Below are positions 52,491 to 64,000 of a stretch of 64,000 nt of DNA, in pieces. The notes below the pieces were generated by a model. It had not been told where the DNA came from, did no database searches, and saw only the letters and a program-made list of their open reading frames with translations. The translations under genes were made by a program, and so were the position numbers. Source of the stretch: Caldilinea sp. (lineage in GTDB: Bacteria; Chloroflexota; Anaerolineae; Caldilineales; Caldilineaceae); NCBI GenBank assembly GCA_025055055.1, contig JANWYX010000232.1, positions 2,238 to 66,237 of the forward strand, in the 5' to 3' direction. Position 1 is the stretch's first letter; each line of letters starts with the position of its first letter.

Positions 52491-52524
52491 ATATTATCAA
52501 TGCATCATCAATGATCAATGCATC
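52491..52524 (-). promoter_or_regulatory. ATCAATG heptamer array (ATCAATGCATC-ATCAATG-ATCAATGCATC) overlapping a candidate minus-strand promoter
   Basis: Heptamers at 52496-52502, 52507-52513 and 52514-52520. On the minus strand I read TTGATC (52513-52518), a 16-nt spacer and TAATAT (52491-52496), ~80 nt upstream of the regulator start. Confidence 0.35.
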
Positions 52525-52735
52525 GACGCGTGCCAAGCGCTTGCGGCAATAGGATTGCTCAAGAACAACGCCTTCCCCCTTAGCACACCTTCCTTAAGGG
52601 GCGCTACATACGAACGCATCATTCTGGCACCGGGTTCCGGATGGATGCCACAGCGGGAGCCGCCGATCAGTATAGCGCAGATCGGCACGGTTCGCAATGT
52701 TCCGGATACGCCTTTAAACAGGGGGTGCTCTTGTG

Positions 52736-54523
<1,788 letters not shown>

Positions 54524-54526
54524 AGC

Positions 54527-57235
<2,709 letters not shown>

Positions 57236-57350
57236 GAGGAGATCCTTTCTGTGCATCGAAGCTGGGTGAAGCGGCCAAGAACGCCCGCGGCGTTTCGGCT
57301 GAATCGCTCTCAGGCGACGTCGTCCACCCACATGCCGTCGCAAACGAATT

Positions 57351-57367
57351 TGATTCGCATCGAATCA
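57351..57367. promoter_or_regulatory. Inverted repeat TGATTCG-CAT-CGAATCA in the acnA / epimerase divergent region (candidate operator)
   Basis: Read directly. An extra CGAAT half-site lies just upstream (57345-57349). The repeat is ~115-130 nt upstream of the acnA start. Confidence 0.3.
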
Positions 57368-57499
57368 TACCAGCATCGCCCATGGAAAGCGAACTATTGA
57401 AGGCAAAAAGATGCAATATTTGGGATACGTCTCTACGCTTCGCACCACCGGTGTCAAAAATGCTTATTCTGCCTGGCCTCATGCTATACTTTTGCGTGT

Positions 57500-58492
<993 letters not shown>

Positions 58493-58602
58493 GCAGGCGT
58501 GTTGCGAGGTGTGTGTTTCGCGGCGCGGGGGTGTGGTGAATCGCGAAGCGCTGGTAGGCAAGCACACCACACGGAACGCCCAACACAAATAATGTTCGGC
58601 TT

Positions 58603-59700
<1,098 letters not shown>

Positions 59701-59706
59701 AGCCCG

Positions 59707-62451
<2,745 letters not shown>

Positions 62452-62491
62452 AAACAGTGGCCTTAAGGAGTCTCTGAATCAGAAGCGCGCT

Positions 62492-63466
<975 letters not shown>

Positions 63467-63596
63467 AGAGAGGGAGAGCAGGAGAGCTGGAGAGAATGCT
63501 TTCGGCGTTCTCTGCGCCTTCGTGGTGAAATCATCGGTTGCGCCGGATTCATCATTACAATTCATTTCATTTCTCACACCAGAAGGAGTTTGCATC

Positions 63597-64000
<404 letters not shown>

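Noticed and set aside
58493-58602. Structured element between the epimerase and aminotransferase genes (GTGTGGTG...CACCACAC with an inner CGCGAAGCG stem)
   Set aside because: The stems are short with a long loop. Similar GT/AC-rich complementarity can arise by chance in 110 nt. I recognise no motif and it has no obvious terminator features.

Overview
High-GC bacterial chromosomal segment, densely coded on both strands. I call about 55 protein genes. I found no rRNA, tRNA, CRISPR array, transposase, integrase or phage genes. PT-rich linkers, lipoprotein-type solute-binding proteins, a PA14 array, System I cytochrome c maturation genes and GC-rich intergenic hairpins suggest a Chloroflexota-like organism, but that is only an impression.

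Gene order:
- Thiamine-type ABC importer: thiB (3' part), thiP and an ATPase.
- Minus-strand yggS-proC-yggT operon, followed by a lipoprotein, a small zincin and an SH3b membrane protein.
- Secreted protein, MaoC dehydratase, class-V aminotransferase, secreted hypothetical protein.
- sppA, divergent from ald, then hisS.
- Minus-strand corrinoid protein plus two URO-D-fold genes, divergent from rhaI and a rhamnose-type ABC importer.
- ACR3/BASS-like permease, modA and modB, with no modC.
- ccmH-ccmG-ccmF plus a zinc-ribbon protein, then a TrmH-family methyltransferase.
- dksA-upp, then an FmdE-like protein.
- 4x PA14 secreted protein, Mut7-C RNase-domain protein, clan GH-A-like glycosidase.
- Vps62-like/coiled-coil/4-TM protein plus a small 4-TM partner, then an M23 peptidase.
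- trmD, rplS, rnhB, yraN, miaA, rel.
- Atypical OmpR-type regulator, then acnA-pepF.
- SDR epimerase/dehydratase, DegT aminotransferase and a DUF2079 membrane protein.
- Sugar ABC permease plus a solute-binding protein truncated at the window edge.

The most interesting candidates are:
- the corrinoid/URO-D methyltransferase-like triad coupled to the rhamnose locus;
- the Vps62-like membrane two-gene module;
- the Arn-like amino-sugar module with DUF2079;
- a shared C-terminal '[FY]LPxV..QR' tail on two secreted proteins;
- an OmpR-type regulator with a degenerate receiver domain and a heptamer repeat array upstream.

All family assignments come from by-eye motif recognition and need HMM/BLAST confirmation.
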